In this document: positions 21,726 to 33,364 of the stretch, piece by piece
Layout of the letters: each line of letters opens with the position of its first letter
Position numbering within the stretch: position 1 is the first letter of the stretch
DNA from: Campylobacterales bacterium
Lineage (GTDB): Bacteria > Campylobacterota > Campylobacteria > Campylobacterales > JALSKU01
Reading direction: 5' to 3'
Assembly (NCBI GenBank): GCA_027065125.1
Contig: JAMOOV010000046.1
Coordinates: 1 to 55,730 of the forward strand
DNA length: 55,730 nucleotides
Position numbers and translations under genes: made by a program
Notes under the pieces: generated by a model
Told to the model about the DNA's origin: nothing
Database searches by the model: none
Seen by the model: the letters and a program-made list of their open reading frames with translations, nothing else

Positions 21726-23130
21726 AAATTTTATCCCTCATATCTTGGTTGTCGGAGATTTGATGTGTGATCACTATCTTTTTGGTAAAGTTGATAGGAT
21801 TTCTCCTGAGGCTCCGGTGCAAGTTGTTGAGGTTAAGAAAGAAAAGAGTCTTCTTGGTGGTGCAGGAAATGTTGTCAATAATCTTCTATCCCTTGGTGCA
21901 AAAGTTAGTGTAGCAAGTGTAATAGGCGATGATGAAAACGGTTTGTGGGTTAAGGAGAGATTGCAGAGTAAAGCTATAGATATCTCTCTTGTCTTAGAAG
22001 AGAAAGGAAGATATACCTCTAAAAAAACAAGAGTCATTTCTTCAAACCAACAGATAGTCAGATTTGATAAAGAGAGTAAAAATAGTATATTAAAAGATAG
22101 CGAAGATAAGATTGTCAGTAATTTAAAAGAAGATTATGATCTTATTTTACTGTCGGATTATGCAAAAGGTGTATTGACTGATAGGCTGACAAAAAAGATT
22201 ATTTTTTTTGCGAATGAGAAAAATATCCCTGTTTTTATAGATCCTAAAGATAGAGATTATAGTAAATATAGTGGAGCCACTCTTGTAACACCAAACAAAA
22301 AAGAGGCAGAACTTGCGATAAACTTAGAGATAAAAGATGATATGTCTTTGAAAAAAGCCGGTTTTGAACTAAAAGAGAGATATGATCTAAAAAGTGTCAT
22401 TATAACACTTGGTGAACAGGGTATGGCGATATTTGAGAATGATATGCTAAAGATACCGACGGTTGCAAAAGAGGTATATGATGTAACCGGTGCAGGTGAT
22501 ACCGTGCTTGCTACATTGGGATATGGAGTAGCTTGCGGACTTAGTTTGAGCGATGCTGCAAAACTTGCCAATCTTGCTGCGGGAGTAGTTGTAGGCAAGG
22601 TTGGAAGTGCTACGGCCACTTTGGCCGAAATTGAAGAGTATAAAAAATCTCTCCATAAAGAAAATAGTGAAGAGTTGATAAAGAGTTTTTCTGAGATAGA
22701 AAGTATAGTCAAATCATTAAAAGAGAAGAATAAAAAGATAATTTTTACAAATGGTTGTTTTGATATACTTCATTTAGGACATGTTAAATACCTTGAGGCT
22801 TCAAAAAAGATGGGTGATGTTTTGATAGTAGGGGTCAATAGCGACGAGTCTGTCAAAAGATTGAAAGGTAAAGATAGACCGATAAATCCGGAGTTTGATA
22901 GAGCATATCTTTTATCTGCTCTTGAATGTGTGGATTATACCGTGATTTTTGATGAGGACACTCCGTATGAGCTTATAAAGATAGTAAAACCTGATGCTTT
23001 AGTTAAAGGCGGAGACTATAGGTATAAAAATGTTGTCGGTAGCGATATAGCAAAAGAGGTTAGATTTGTGGATTTTGTTGAAGGAAAAAGTACAACTAAA
23101 GTTATAGGCAAGATAGGAAAAAATAGATGA
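21712..23130 (+). CDS. hldE: Bifunctional heptose-7-phosphate kinase / heptose-1-phosphate adenylyltransferase
   Basis: [34 protein letters not shown]. Confidence 0.96.
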   Translation: MNKLKNFIPHILVVGDLMCDHYLFGKVDRISPEAPVQVVEVKKEKSLLGGAGNVVNNLLSLGAKVSVASVIGDDENGLWVKERLQSKAIDISLVLEEKGRYTSKKTRVISSNQQIVRFDKESKNSILKDSEDKIVSNLKEDYDLILLSDYAKGVLTDRLTKKIIFFANEKNIPVFIDPKDRDYSKYSGATLVTPNKKEAELAINLEIKDDMSLKKAGFELKERYDLKSVIITLGEQGMAIFENDMLKIPTVAKEVYDVTGAGDTVLATLGYGVACGLSLSDAAKLANLAAGVVVGKVGSATATLAEIEEYKKSLHKENSEELIKSFSEIESIVKSLKEKNKKIIFTNGCFDILHLGHVKYLEASKKMGDVLIVGVNSDESVKRLKGKDRPINPEFDRAYLLSALECVDYTVIFDEDTPYELIKIVKPDALVKGGDYRYKNVVGSDIAKEVRFVDFVEGKSTTKVIGKIGKNR

Positions 23131-23696
23131 TACAGATGATAAATGAAGAGATATTGGGACATATTCAAACAGTACAAAAGACTTTAGATGAGCTTCAAAG
23201 CTATATTTATACGGCTTGTATTATATCTACTGAGTGTTTGAAAAACGGAGGAAAGATATTGCTTTTTGGTAATGGCGGAAGTGCGGCGGATGCTCAACAT
23301 ATCGCAGCAGAATTAACCGGAAGGTATAAAACGGAACGAAAAGGACTTCCGGCTATCGCTCTTACTACCGATACTTCGGCTTTGACAGCTATAGGAAACG
23401 ACTTTGGTTATGATAAAATCTTTGAAAGACAGGTTGGAGCTTTGGCAAATAAAGGGGATGTGCTTATCGGTATATCCACAAGTGGTAATAGTGTAAATGT
23501 GATAAAAGCTTTATCTCTTGGAAAAGAGCTTGGTTGTAAAACTATAGGTCTTAGTGGCAGAGGTGGTGGAGAAATGAATAAAGTTTGCAATCTAAATATT
23601 ATAGTTCCCTCAGACAATACCCCAAGAATTCAAGAGATGCACATCATGATAGGGCATATTATTTGCCAAGCGATAGACAATACTTTTCTATCTTAA
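23127..23696 (+). CDS. gmhA: Sedoheptulose 7-phosphate isomerase
   Basis: [24 protein letters not shown]. Confidence 0.96.
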   Translation: MIQMINEEILGHIQTVQKTLDELQSYIYTACIISTECLKNGGKILLFGNGGSAADAQHIAAELTGRYKTERKGLPAIALTTDTSALTAIGNDFGYDKIFERQVGALANKGDVLIGISTSGNSVNVIKALSLGKELGCKTIGLSGRGGGEMNKVCNLNIIVPSDNTPRIQEMHIMIGHIICQAIDNTFLS

Positions 23697-24701
23697 AAAA
23701 CCCTTAATAAAATTACCGATTCTAAAGCCAAAATATTTTAAAAGATCGTCTATGTGTCTTGCTCTCATCATTCTTTTTGAATAAATTTTAGCATTTGGAG
23801 TAAAGTCATATTCTTTTGAACTGTTTACAATTTCGCAGATCATATTTAAGAGATTATACTCATATATAACTCTTCTTCTTGCCTCTTTTACCGCTTCAAA
23901 TCGTCTTTCGTACTCTCCCGGAGTTGAAATGATCTTTTTGATTTTTTCTATGGAGCCTTTAGGATCATCTATGTCGATAGTGATAAGGCTATCTTTTGGA
24001 AAGTAATCATAAACATTCGGGCATCCGCAATATATAGGAACACAAAAACCCAAAAAAGCATCAGCAAGTTTTTCACTCCACATATGCTTTTCTATATGAT
24101 TTTCTATAACTACATGAAATTCATAATCATCTATGGCTTCATATTTTTTCTTTACAAATTCAAAACCTCTTCCATATCTATCAAGCTCTGGTATCTCTTG
24201 TTGCATAAGAAGTGTAAAATCGTATCTTTTTCTATGCATTGTGTGTCCCTCTTTTTTGTCGGAGCATATAGTGGAAATTTTTTTAGTTTTCGGTAAAAAA
24301 TCATCTTTTACTATATCGTCAAAATGTTTTCCATATAGCCAATAAATCCCCGTTTGACTTCTTTTTGCATTTGGATGAGGTAAGACTTTTTCATTATGAT
24401 TTGTTATGAGATATTTAAACTGTCCGGCATAACCTTTGCCATATCTTGCTATAGAGCTCGGTTCGCTCGTAACAAGTATAGTGTTTTCTTTCGGGCATTT
24501 TAAATGCTCTACTCCTCCAGGTAGCATATTTGGTATATTGTCAAATGCTACATACCAGTCGTACTCTTCGATGGTCGGATCATAAACAAATTTACAGTTT
24601 TTCCATATATTTTCATTATGCGGAGAGAGGTAAATATATAAAGATATTGCTTGTTTAGTAGAGCCTCTTGTTACGAATTTGATTATTTTATAGTTTTGCA
24701 T
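23688..24701 (-). CDS. Glycosyltransferase family 10 (fucosyltransferase-like)
   Basis: [34 protein letters not shown]10 motif. Confidence 0.8.
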   Translation of the reverse strand: MQNYKIIKFVTRGSTKQAISLYIYLSPHNENIWKNCKFVYDPTIEEYDWYVAFDNIPNMLPGGVEHLKCPKENTILVTSEPSSIARYGKGYAGQFKYLITNHNEKVLPHPNAKRSQTGIYWLYGKHFDDIVKDDFLPKTKKISTICSDKKEGHTMHRKRYDFTLLMQQEIPELDRYGRGFEFVKKKYEAIDDYEFHVVIENHIEKHMWSEKLADAFLGFCVPIYCGCPNVYDYFPKDSLITIDIDDPKGSIEKIKKIISTPGEYERRFEAVKEARRRVIYEYNLLNMICEIVNSSKEYDFTPNAKIYSKRMMRARHIDDLLKYFGFRIGNFIKGFLR

Positions 24702-25248
24702 TTTTTTCTCCCATATGTTTAAAATTTGGCAATGATATATCTTTTTTTGAAAGTATTAGTTTGCTTTTAGGCAATTTCCAATCTATAAAAAGTTTTTCAT
24801 CATTAAATACTATGCCTCTTTCATGTTCTTTGGAGTAATAGTTGTCAACTTTATAAGAGAGTATGCACTCTTCACTAAGTACAACAAATCCGTGAGCAAA
24901 TCCTTTTGGAATAAGAAGCTGTTTTTTATTGTTTTCATTTAGTTCTACAGATATATGCTTCCCATAGGTAGGAGAATTTTTCCTTATATCTACTGCTACA
25001 TCAAGAACTTTTCCTTTTATAACTCTAACAAGTTTTGTTTGAGCATATGGCTCTATTTGATAGTGAAGACCTCTTAAAACCCCATAGGATGATTTTGATT
25101 CATTATCTTGACAAAAATTTAATTTGTATCCTAAAAATTTTTCCAATTCATCTTGTCTAAAAGATTCAAAAAAATATCCTCTTTCATCGTAAAAGATTTT
25201 TGGTTTGATTATAATAACACCATCAATATTTGTTGTTTCAAATTCCAT
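24688..25248 (-). CDS. rmlC: dTDP-4-dehydrorhamnose 3,5-epimerase
   Basis: [28 protein letters not shown]. Confidence 0.96.
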   Translation of the reverse strand: MEFETTNIDGVIIIKPKIFYDERGYFFESFRQDELEKFLGYKLNFCQDNESKSSYGVLRGLHYQIEPYAQTKLVRVIKGKVLDVAVDIRKNSPTYGKHISVELNENNKKQLLIPKGFAHGFVVLSEECILSYKVDNYYSKEHERGIVFNDEKLFIDWKLPKSKLILSKKDISLPNFKHMGEKNAKL

Positions 25249-26131
25249 ATATTTTCCCCTGTTTAGCTCTATTGATTAGATATTGACCATATTGATTTTT
25301 GCTTAGAGGTTTTGCAAGATCCAAAAGAGTTTCTTTTGGTATATATCCCATTTCATAAGCTATCTCTTCAATACATGCGATTTTTAAGCCCTGTCTTTTT
25401 TCTATGGTTTGTATAAAAAGACTTGCTTCAAGTAAACTTTCATGGGTGCCTGTATCGAGCCAAGCATATCCTCTACCCATTAATTTTATTTGTAATCTTT
25501 TTTCATTTAGATATAGTTCGTTTAAGGTTGTTATCTCAAGTTCTCCCCTTTGGCTTGGTTTTATCTTTTTTGCTTTTTGTATAACATCGTTAGGATAGTA
25601 GTATAATCCTACTATGGCATAGTTGCTTTTTGGATTTTTAGGTTTTTCTTCTATGTTTAATACATTTCTGTATTTATCAAACTCTACAACTCCGTATCTT
25701 TGGGGATCTTTAACATAGTATCCAAATATGACAGCTTTTTTTTGATTTTGCACATCTTTTACTGATTGTAAAAGCAAAGAGGTTAATCCATGTCCATAAA
25801 ATATATTGTCCCCAAGTACTAAACTGACATCATCTTTTCCGATAAATTCTTCTCCTATGATAAAAGCTTCTGCTATGCCGTTTGGTCGATGTTGTTCTTT
25901 ATAAGATATATTTAATCCTATTTTTTTACCATTGCCTAAAAGATGCTTAAATCGAGGTATGTCTATCGGGGTAGATATGATTAGTATCTCTTTTATTCCG
26001 GATAGCATCAAAACCGATAAAGGATAATATATCATAGGTTTGTCATAGATGGGTACTAATTGTTTGCTTATACTTTTTGTAATCGGATAAAGTCTTGTTC
26101 CGCTTCCTCCGGCTAAGATAATACCTTTCAA
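25238..26131 (-). CDS. rmlA: Glucose-1-phosphate thymidylyltransferase
   Basis: [29 protein letters not shown]. Confidence 0.97.
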   Translation of the reverse strand: MKGIILAGGSGTRLYPITKSISKQLVPIYDKPMIYYPLSVLMLSGIKEILIISTPIDIPRFKHLLGNGKKIGLNISYKEQHRPNGIAEAFIIGEEFIGKDDVSLVLGDNIFYGHGLTSLLLQSVKDVQNQKKAVIFGYYVKDPQRYGVVEFDKYRNVLNIEEKPKNPKSNYAIVGLYYYPNDVIQKAKKIKPSQRGELEITTLNELYLNEKRLQIKLMGRGYAWLDTGTHESLLEASLFIQTIEKRQGLKIACIEEIAYEMGYIPKETLLDLAKPLSKNQYGQYLINRAKQGKIYGI

Positions 26132-26706
26132 TTTGTGTCCTTATTGTAAAATTTTTCTATAAAATCATCTATTTTATTGCTTAAAATAAGATCGAAATTT
26201 TCCTCTATCTTTTTTATATCCCAATCCCACCATTTGATTTTTAATAATTTGTCTATTTGTTTTTGATTAAATCTAAATTTTATATGTTTTGCAGGGTTTC
26301 CGGCAACTATTTCATAGGGTTTGACATCTTTTGTAACTACTGCTCTTGCACCTATGACTGCTCCGTCACCGATGGTAACTCCAGATAGTATAAAGGCACC
26401 ATCCCCTATCCATACATCGTTCCCTACAATTACCTTTCCTTTAGTGGTAGAACACTCTTTGCATTTAAATTTTGCACTAAAATGGTATGAACTAACCCAA
26501 TCATAGTGATGTTCAGCTCCAGCATAAAATTTTACATTTGCAGCGATTGAGCAGAATTTGCCTATAGAAAGCATTCCTTTTTCCGCTATTACTGCAGGTT
26601 TTCCATAGGTATATTCTCCAATGTCGAAATTTTTATACTTTTTATTATCTTTCATATAATAAGGATGCTTTTTTTCTTTAATATATCTTTTTAATTTTTT
26701 AAACAT
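26128..26706 (-). CDS. CatB/Vat-related hexapeptide-repeat O-acetyltransferase
   Basis: [27 protein letters not shown]. Confidence 0.88.
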   Translation of the reverse strand: MFKKLKRYIKEKKHPYYMKDNKKYKNFDIGEYTYGKPAVIAEKGMLSIGKFCSIAANVKFYAGAEHHYDWVSSYHFSAKFKCKECSTTKGKVIVGNDVWIGDGAFILSGVTIGDGAVIGARAVVTKDVKPYEIVAGNPAKHIKFRFNQKQIDKLLKIKWWDWDIKKIEENFDLILSNKIDDFIEKFYNKDTN

Positions 26707-26709
26707 AAT

Positions 26710-27702
26710 TTATCCTCTAAAGCCACATAAAGTTAAAATTTCTTTTGTTCTATTTCTATAAGAATATCCACTTTTTTCTGCTCTAATTTTACCATTTTTT
26801 GCTATTTTTTGAGCAAAATGCTTATCTTTTAATACCTTGTCAGATAACTCTTGTAGTTCATCCGGATTTTTATAAACCAATATCTCTTTATTAGGCTCAA
26901 AACACAACTCTATATCTTTTACATTATCATTTAAAAGGCAACTTCCGCAAGCTATAGCTTCAAAAGTTCTCATATTGACCATATTGATAATATTATTTTT
27001 TTGTGCAACATTTAAAGTTGCAATCGTCGAATTATAAATTTGTACCACTTTTTTTTGAGATATTTTTTTATTTGATATATTCCATTTATTTGATTTTGTA
27101 TTCAAGTTATTCCATTTTGCTCCGTAAATTTCTAAATGTTGATTTTTTAAATATGAAAATATTTCATCTCTTTCTTTGGTATATGAACCGACAAAATTTA
27201 TCGACATTTTCCTATCGATATTTAAATCTTTGTGCAGGTTTTCATCATAGCCGAATTGTAAAAAATGTCTATTTTCAAATCCTATATCTTGTGCAATTTG
27301 CATAAAAGCAGAATCGCTAAGAAATAGATGATCTAAGCTATCTATGTATATTTTTTTATCATTGTTAAATCTATCTCCAACCCAACCGGCCGTTACGATA
27401 TGTTTTTCTTTGCAAAAATTAAGCAAAGTAACATTTGTAAAGAATAAACCTATAAAAAATACCATATCCGGTTTAAAAGTTTTTATCTTTTTATTTAACC
27501 AATCAAGCTGTAGTAAAATTTCTCCATTTTTATCTTTTTTTAATTTTAATATAGCTTTTTTAATAGAACTTTTTATTGGCAATATATTTGTAAAAAAACT
27601 ATCCACAATGCAGTCATTTTGACGAAAACCATTTATCGTATGTTCTATCCATCCAAGATGATTTTTTTTACCTATGACTAAAATTTTAGTTTTTCTTGTC
27701 AC
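26710..27702 (-). CDS. Glycosyltransferase (CgeB/GT-B type)
   Basis: NFVGS..R, VNMRTFEAIACG, IAKNG. Confidence 0.8.
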   Translation of the reverse strand: MTRKTKILVIGKKNHLGWIEHTINGFRQNDCIVDSFFTNILPIKSSIKKAILKLKKDKNGEILLQLDWLNKKIKTFKPDMVFFIGLFFTNVTLLNFCKEKHIVTAGWVGDRFNNDKKIYIDSLDHLFLSDSAFMQIAQDIGFENRHFLQFGYDENLHKDLNIDRKMSINFVGSYTKERDEIFSYLKNQHLEIYGAKWNNLNTKSNKWNISNKKISQKKVVQIYNSTIATLNVAQKNNIINMVNMRTFEAIACGSCLLNDNVKDIELCFEPNKEILVYKNPDELQELSDKVLKDKHFAQKIAKNGKIRAEKSGYSYRNRTKEILTLCGFRG

Positions 27703-28688
27703 TTTAACTTCTTGATTTGTTTTTTCATTTTTTTGATATAGTTATCTATATTTTTTTCAGTTAGTATTATACCAAAATCTATATTTTTGCCATTTATTTT
27801 TTCTGCTATCAGATTGCCAAGAGCGGGTTTCATATGGTTTGAGTCAAAAAAATTATTATGATTTTTTGTGTATTTATCTATAATCATAAAATTATAAACT
27901 TTTTTATACACAAAAACCAATTCTCTTAGCCACTTAAAATAATATTTAAAAAGTTTCTCTTTTTTGTAAATGGAAAGCTGATCTATGGTAACGGGTGTAG
28001 TAAAGATAATAAATTTGCTTTTAGAAAACTCCCTTCTTAATTTTTTCCAATATTCTATCAAGCTGTCGTCATATTGGTAATTTTTTATTTTTTTAAGAGT
28101 TTTTTTGATCTTTTTTTCTAAATCTTTGGTCGGTTTTGGATATTTGATATTGTTTCTTGTGTAATATGCATGAGTTATTTTAAAATTTTGTTTTATATTT
28201 TTTATTGAGTATCTCAAAATATCGTAATTATAAAGTAATTTATATCTATAAAATTTGGAACTACTTTTTTGTAAAAAGTTTTGTTTGGAATGTTTATTGG
28301 TTTGCTTATTGGTTCCGAAAAAATCAACTCCAAGGATAATTTTTTTTGGATTTTTTTGTGTAAGTTTGGCAAAAGTTTTGATAAAGTATTCATATTCATA
28401 GGGATACATACCGTTAGAGGCATAATTAAAAAGATTGAAATTAAAGTTATATTGATTTATAAAAGTTGTTCTACTGCTACCAAGCATAACACTTTCAAAT
28501 TGATTGTTTATAAAATATAAAAAATTAGTTTTTTGCTCTCTTTCATTAAAGTCTATCTGTTTATTGTTTAAAAAGTTTGAGTGGTTAAATGTCCAATATG
28601 GATCTATATAAAAATTTAGCATTGCTATAAGATTTATTGCTACAAGGGTTACTGTTGTAAAAAAAATAACATATTTTTTTGGATTCAT
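27699..28688 (-). CDS. SGNH-like periplasmic acetyltransferase partner of MBOAT
   Basis: N-terminal TM, IDPY, LGSSRT, FFDSNH (DxxH); adjacent to MBOAT. Confidence 0.6.
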   Translation of the reverse strand: MNPKKYVIFFTTVTLVAINLIAMLNFYIDPYWTFNHSNFLNNKQIDFNEREQKTNFLYFINNQFESVMLGSSRTTFINQYNFNFNLFNYASNGMYPYEYEYFIKTFAKLTQKNPKKIILGVDFFGTNKQTNKHSKQNFLQKSSSKFYRYKLLYNYDILRYSIKNIKQNFKITHAYYTRNNIKYPKPTKDLEKKIKKTLKKIKNYQYDDSLIEYWKKLRREFSKSKFIIFTTPVTIDQLSIYKKEKLFKYYFKWLRELVFVYKKVYNFMIIDKYTKNHNNFFDSNHMKPALGNLIAEKINGKNIDFGIILTEKNIDNYIKKMKKQIKKLK

Positions 28689-28729
28689 TTGTTATCTCTT
28701 TGAAAAGTTAATAACATCGCTATAGCCTT

Positions 28730-30118
28730 TTAAAAATTAAAATATAAAAACTCAGAAACATGTTGAAGTCTCAATATGCTAATTATCAATACAACTATAC
28801 CGGCAATAAGAGTTTTATATGATAATTTATATATATTTATTACTTCAATTGTATTTTTGGATACTACACAAAAAATAATCAATAGAGCAAATTTCCATAA
28901 ATAATCTCTATCAAAATAAACACTCTCCGTATATACTATCCCATTAACTCCAGCCATTCCCTTAAGTACTTTTATAGCATCCGCCCAGTCTTTAGCCCTG
29001 AAAAAAACCCAACCTATATTTACAAAGTTAAAAGTTAAAAACCAAGCTAAAAATTTATTCATCTTGAAACCCATACTTTTCCAAATTCTTTGGATAGACA
29101 GAGCTATGCCATGTAAGAATCCCCAAAATACAAATGTCCATCCCGCTCCATGCCATATGCCTCCAAGTAAAAAAGTTACCATTATATTTCTATATACTTT
29201 TAATTTATCTACTCTATTTCCTCCAAGAGGTATGTATATATAATCTCTTAAAAATCTAGTTAATGTTATATGCCATCTTCTCCAAAAATCTTGAATAGAT
29301 ATGGCTTTGTATGGAGAGTTGAAATTGATAGGAAGTTTTATATTGAAAAGTAGTGCCGCTCCTATAGCCATATCGGTATAACCGCTAAAATCAAAATATA
29401 GTTGAAAAGTGTATGCCAATGAGGTTGACCAAGCTTCAAAAAAGTTTAATGTAGTAGCTGTATCAAAACCGGCATTTGCCCATTTTGCAAGATAATCTGC
29501 AATCATAACCTTTTTAAAAAGACCTGTAGAAAATATAAAAAGTCCATAGCCTATATTTTTATAATTAACAGCCTTATTTCTAATCTTTGCAAATTGAGGC
29601 ATCATCTCTTTGTGATGCACTATAGGACCTGCTATGAGTTGAGGAAAAAAAGTAACAAAAAGTGCATAGTTTAGGAAATTATACTCTTTCGTTTCTCCTT
29701 TGTAGCTATCTACGAGGTATGCTATTTGTTGAAATGTAAAAAAAGATATTGCCAGAGGTAAAGTTAGATGTAGCAAAGGATAGTGAGTATGAAATATAGT
29801 GTTGATATTGTCTAAGAAAAAATCACTATATTTATAGTATCCAAGTAGAGATAAATTTGCAATAATGCCTATCGTTAAAACTAATTTATTGCCAATTTTT
29901 TTATTTTTGTTTATGTTTTTGCCTATGATATAATTAAAAATCATAGAGATTAAAATCAGGGGAAGATATGATATATTCCACCAGCTATAAAAAAAGAGAG
30001 AAGCAAAAACTAAAAAACCTTTTGATGCAATAACTAATCTTTTTTTATTAAGAAAAAAGTATATAAAAAACACTAATGGCAGAAAGAAAAATATATATGT
30101 ATAACTGTTAAAAAGCAT
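28730..30118 (-). CDS. MBOAT family O-acyltransferase (AlgI/PatA-like)
   Basis: MLFNS, LPLAISFFTFQ, FFPQLIAGPI, YFDFSGYTDMA, FWRRWHITL, GIWHGAGW. Confidence 0.92.
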   Translation of the reverse strand: MLFNSYTYIFFFLPLVFFIYFFLNKKRLVIASKGFLVFASLFFYSWWNISYLPLILISMIFNYIIGKNINKNKKIGNKLVLTIGIIANLSLLGYYKYSDFFLDNINTIFHTHYPLLHLTLPLAISFFTFQQIAYLVDSYKGETKEYNFLNYALFVTFFPQLIAGPIVHHKEMMPQFAKIRNKAVNYKNIGYGLFIFSTGLFKKVMIADYLAKWANAGFDTATTLNFFEAWSTSLAYTFQLYFDFSGYTDMAIGAALLFNIKLPINFNSPYKAISIQDFWRRWHITLTRFLRDYIYIPLGGNRVDKLKVYRNIMVTFLLGGIWHGAGWTFVFWGFLHGIALSIQRIWKSMGFKMNKFLAWFLTFNFVNIGWVFFRAKDWADAIKVLKGMAGVNGIVYTESVYFDRDYLWKFALLIIFCVVSKNTIEVINIYKLSYKTLIAGIVVLIISILRLQHVSEFLYFNF

Positions 30119-31133
30119 ATTTATATTTCTTTAAATACCATTTTATAGTTTTGAGAATGCCAGATTCAAAATTCTCATTTGCCCTCCAGCCAAGCTCATT
30201 TTCTATTTTACTTGCATCAATCGCATATCTTTTATCGTGTCCCGGTCTATCTTTTACGAATGTTATCAAATCTTTATAATCTCCATCTTTTCTTGAATGA
30301 AGTTCATTTAAAATCTCACAGATTTTATCGGCTATATAGATATTTGTTCTTTCATTTCTTCCGCCTATGTTATAAGTTTCCCCAGCTTTTCCTTTATGAT
30401 ATGTGAGATCAATTCCATTGCAATGATCAAGTACATACAACCAATCTCTTATATTTTTTCCATCTCCGTAGATCGGAATAGGATTACCATTTAGAGCATT
30501 TCTTATGATTGTTGGTATTAGTTTTTCATCATGTTGTTTCGGTCCGTAATTGTTCGAGCAGTTTGTAATAATCGTATTTATACCATATGTATGATGATAA
30601 CTTCTAACTATCATATCACTACTTGCTTTGCTGGCACTGTATGGGGAATTGGGAGCATAAGGTGTTTTTTCTGTAAATAATACATTTGGATCTTCTGGAA
30701 GAGTTCCATATACTTCATCAGTTGAAATATGGAGAAATCTGCATTTTTTGTATTCATCTTTATATTTAAAAGGAGCTTTCATCCAATAGTTTTTTGCTAT
30801 ATCTATCAAGGTATAAGTTCCATTTACATTTGTTTTTATAAATACTTCGGGATTTTTAATAGAGTTATCCACATGGCTTTCAGCCGCAAAGTGTATCACT
30901 CCTTTTATATTAAACTCTTCAAATATATACTCTACTAACTCACGGTTGCAAATATTACCTTTTATGAATTTGTATCTTAGATTGTTTTGAACTTCTTTTA
31001 AATTGTTCAAGTTTCCGGCATATGTGAGCAAATCTAAATTAACTATATTATAATCGGGATATTTTTCTAAAAAGTAAGGAATAAAATTGCTTCCTATAAA
31101 TCCTGCCCCTCCGGTTATAAGTACAGTGATCAT
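30108..31133 (-). CDS. rmlB: dTDP-glucose 4,6-dehydratase
   Basis: TGGAGFIGSN, HFAAESHVD, STDEVYG, YSASK, DRPGHD. Confidence 0.96.
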   Translation of the reverse strand: MITVLITGGAGFIGSNFIPYFLEKYPDYNIVNLDLLTYAGNLNNLKEVQNNLRYKFIKGNICNRELVEYIFEEFNIKGVIHFAAESHVDNSIKNPEVFIKTNVNGTYTLIDIAKNYWMKAPFKYKDEYKKCRFLHISTDEVYGTLPEDPNVLFTEKTPYAPNSPYSASKASSDMIVRSYHHTYGINTIITNCSNNYGPKQHDEKLIPTIIRNALNGNPIPIYGDGKNIRDWLYVLDHCNGIDLTYHKGKAGETYNIGGRNERTNIYIADKICEILNELHSRKDGDYKDLITFVKDRPGHDKRYAIDASKIENELGWRANENFESGILKTIKWYLKKYKYAF

Positions 31134-31873
31134 ATATTCTCCATATAATAATATTTCATAGTTTCAAAAATCTTTTTTTTAAATTCTTGCATATTTTTTG
31201 GATTTTTATTTTTTTTGATATATTCTTTGCATTGACAAATCCATTTTGCAACTTCTCCTAAAGTTGTTTGATAAATGATAGACGGTTGTTTAAAAAAAAT
31301 GCCATTTTTATTAGTTTTGAGATCATGCATAAAATCTTTTATCAAATCATTTATATATGTATAACTTATATTGATATTTTCATCATAAATCACCATCTCT
31401 TTCTCTTTTATACAGTTATGCATCCAAGTTGTAATAACCGAATTGTGATTTGGCTTACATCCTTTGCCAAAAAGGTGAGGTAAATGATAAATTATTACAC
31501 TATTTCCGCTTTTTTTTGCATATTTTTCCAATAATATTTCTGCTTCTTTTTTGCTTTTGCCATAACTGTTTTTTTGAAATTTAGCATGTATGGAAGAGGA
31601 GAATATAATGGGAATATCTTTTTTTAGTTTTTTAATTATTTTAACAATTTCTTCCGTTAAGCCTTTGTTGCTTGTAAAAAAATCTTTATCACTGCAAGAT
31701 GGTTTTACTTCACCTGCAAAGTGATATATAATATCACTATTTTTGATATGTTTTTCTAAAGTTTCAAGAGAATCATGCCTGTTAAATTCATAAACTATAA
31801 ATTGATCTTTTATCAATCTTTTTTTTAAGCTACCTCCTACAAATCCTCTTGAACCAGTTATAAGTACTTTCAT
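31130..31873 (-). CDS. NAD(P)-dependent sugar reductase, CapF/WbjC N-terminal-domain-like
   Basis: TGSRGFVG, HFAG, SSSIHA, YGKSK, LFGKGCKPNHNSVITTW; 247 aa, no C-terminal cupin. Confidence 0.75.
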   Translation of the reverse strand: MKVLITGSRGFVGGSLKKRLIKDQFIVYEFNRHDSLETLEKHIKNSDIIYHFAGEVKPSCSDKDFFTSNKGLTEEIVKIIKKLKKDIPIIFSSSIHAKFQKNSYGKSKKEAEILLEKYAKKSGNSVIIYHLPHLFGKGCKPNHNSVITTWMHNCIKEKEMVIYDENINISYTYINDLIKDFMHDLKTNKNGIFFKQPSIIYQTTLGEVAKWICQCKEYIKKNKNPKNMQEFKKKIFETMKYYYMENI

Positions 31874-32169
31874 CTACAATCCTAAATATCCGAGAATTTT
31901 TTTAAAATATTTGGGCTATATATAATTTTATTAAATATTTTTTACTATATTTTCTCTTTTTTAATTTTTAAGATAGTATTTATGGGTTATTTGCAAATTA
32001 CTAAAAATAACTCATAATTTAAGTTAAATTAATTTAAAAAACTAATCCCTGCTTTTTGATATGATTTTTATTACAAAATACCCAATCTATCTTATAATAA
32101 TATATTGTACCAAAATTATCTTCCAATTTATCTAAAATGATGGGGTAAACTTTATCTCGATCACAAAAG

Positions 32170-33360
32170 TCAAGACAATTTCTGATTTTGTTTATAAGAA
32201 AATATAAAAAAAGCAAATAGCACCAAAGAAGATAGAGGAATTATACCTTTTATAACACTTTGATCAAATTGTGTTATAACTAAAAAAGCAAAAAATAGAG
32301 ATAGTTGGATAGCTGATTGATTAAGAAGAATTCTTTTAAAAATATTCCATAACAAAAATGTATAAGCAATTAAGCCAAATAGTCCAAGAAATAAAAATAT
32401 CTCAAGTATACTGTTGTGGACACCACTATGATGTATACCCCCGATTTTTATTTGTCCCAAGGTACTTGCAAATGTCATCAGTCCATGTCCTAAAAGAATT
32501 CTCTCTTTTGCCAAGTTGATAGTGTGTGTCCAGATTGCAAATCTATGAGAACTATTGGCATTAATTAGGCTATTAAATCTTGATAACAGGTGTTCATTGT
32601 CTAAAAAAACAATTATAACTAATGCTAAGATTGAGATTAATGCACCAATATGGTACCTATTTAGTTTTTTATAATTTTGAACAAGTAAAACAACAAGAAA
32701 TGTTAGAAAAAATAACCATGATGCTCTCGAATATGAAAATAATAAATTAAATATAAAAATTGTAAAAGCACTACAAAGAAAGAAAATTTCCATTTTTTTT
32801 AATTCAAATTTTTTGTAATAAAAAACTAAACCAAAACTGATGCTAGCACCAATTGCCATAAACATTCCAAATGGATTTCTATGAAAAACTGCTCCCGTTA
32901 AACCTGTTGCCGTTGAGCTAACATGATGTTTGATAAAATCATAATGAAAAATAGCTTGATAAATGCCATCTGTTGCTTGAAGAAGTAAAGAAGACAGGAT
33001 GGAGATTAAGATAAATTTTTTTGAAAAAAACTTTTCCTTATATAAAAAAGACAATATTAAAAAGATAAATAGATATCTAAACATATAGTTAAATTCTGTA
33101 TGCCAAGATAATAAGTTTGAAAGCGGACTTGATATGTTTGAAATCGTCATACTTATAATGATTAGTAAAAATGCAATAAGAATATTTTTATAAGTATAAA
33201 GCATTTCCTTGAACTTATAAATTCTATTATTTCTAAATAAATGTACTAAAAATATAATAACCATAAAAACATAACTTAACGGATAAAAAAATGTTTTCAT
33301 AGGAATAAAAATTATCCATATAAAAAGAAAGATTTTAAAGAGTGTAGGTAAAATATACAT
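32170..33360 (-). CDS. waaL: O-antigen ligase family protein
   Basis: About 12 TM helices, HRNPFG, SYSRASW, RFAIW, GHG, VHNSILE. Confidence 0.82.
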   Translation of the reverse strand: MYILPTLFKIFLFIWIIFIPMKTFFYPLSYVFMVIIFLVHLFRNNRIYKFKEMLYTYKNILIAFLLIIISMTISNISSPLSNLLSWHTEFNYMFRYLFIFLILSFLYKEKFFSKKFILISILSSLLLQATDGIYQAIFHYDFIKHHVSSTATGLTGAVFHRNPFGMFMAIGASISFGLVFYYKKFELKKMEIFFLCSAFTIFIFNLLFSYSRASWLFFLTFLVVLLVQNYKKLNRYHIGALISILALVIIVFLDNEHLLSRFNSLINANSSHRFAIWTHTINLAKERILLGHGLMTFASTLGQIKIGGIHHSGVHNSILEIFLFLGLFGLIAYTFLLWNIFKRILLNQSAIQLSLFFAFLVITQFDQSVIKGIIPLSSLVLFAFFIFSYKQNQKLS

Positions 33361-33364
33361 TATA

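Noticed and set aside
26128-26706. Chloramphenicol/streptogramin resistance gene
   Set aside because: Same fold, but context within a sugar-nucleotide cluster favours glycan acetylation.
32034-32216. 60-aa ORF after waaL, possible gene remnant
   Set aside because: No recognisable motif or SD; could be a fragment but unsupported.
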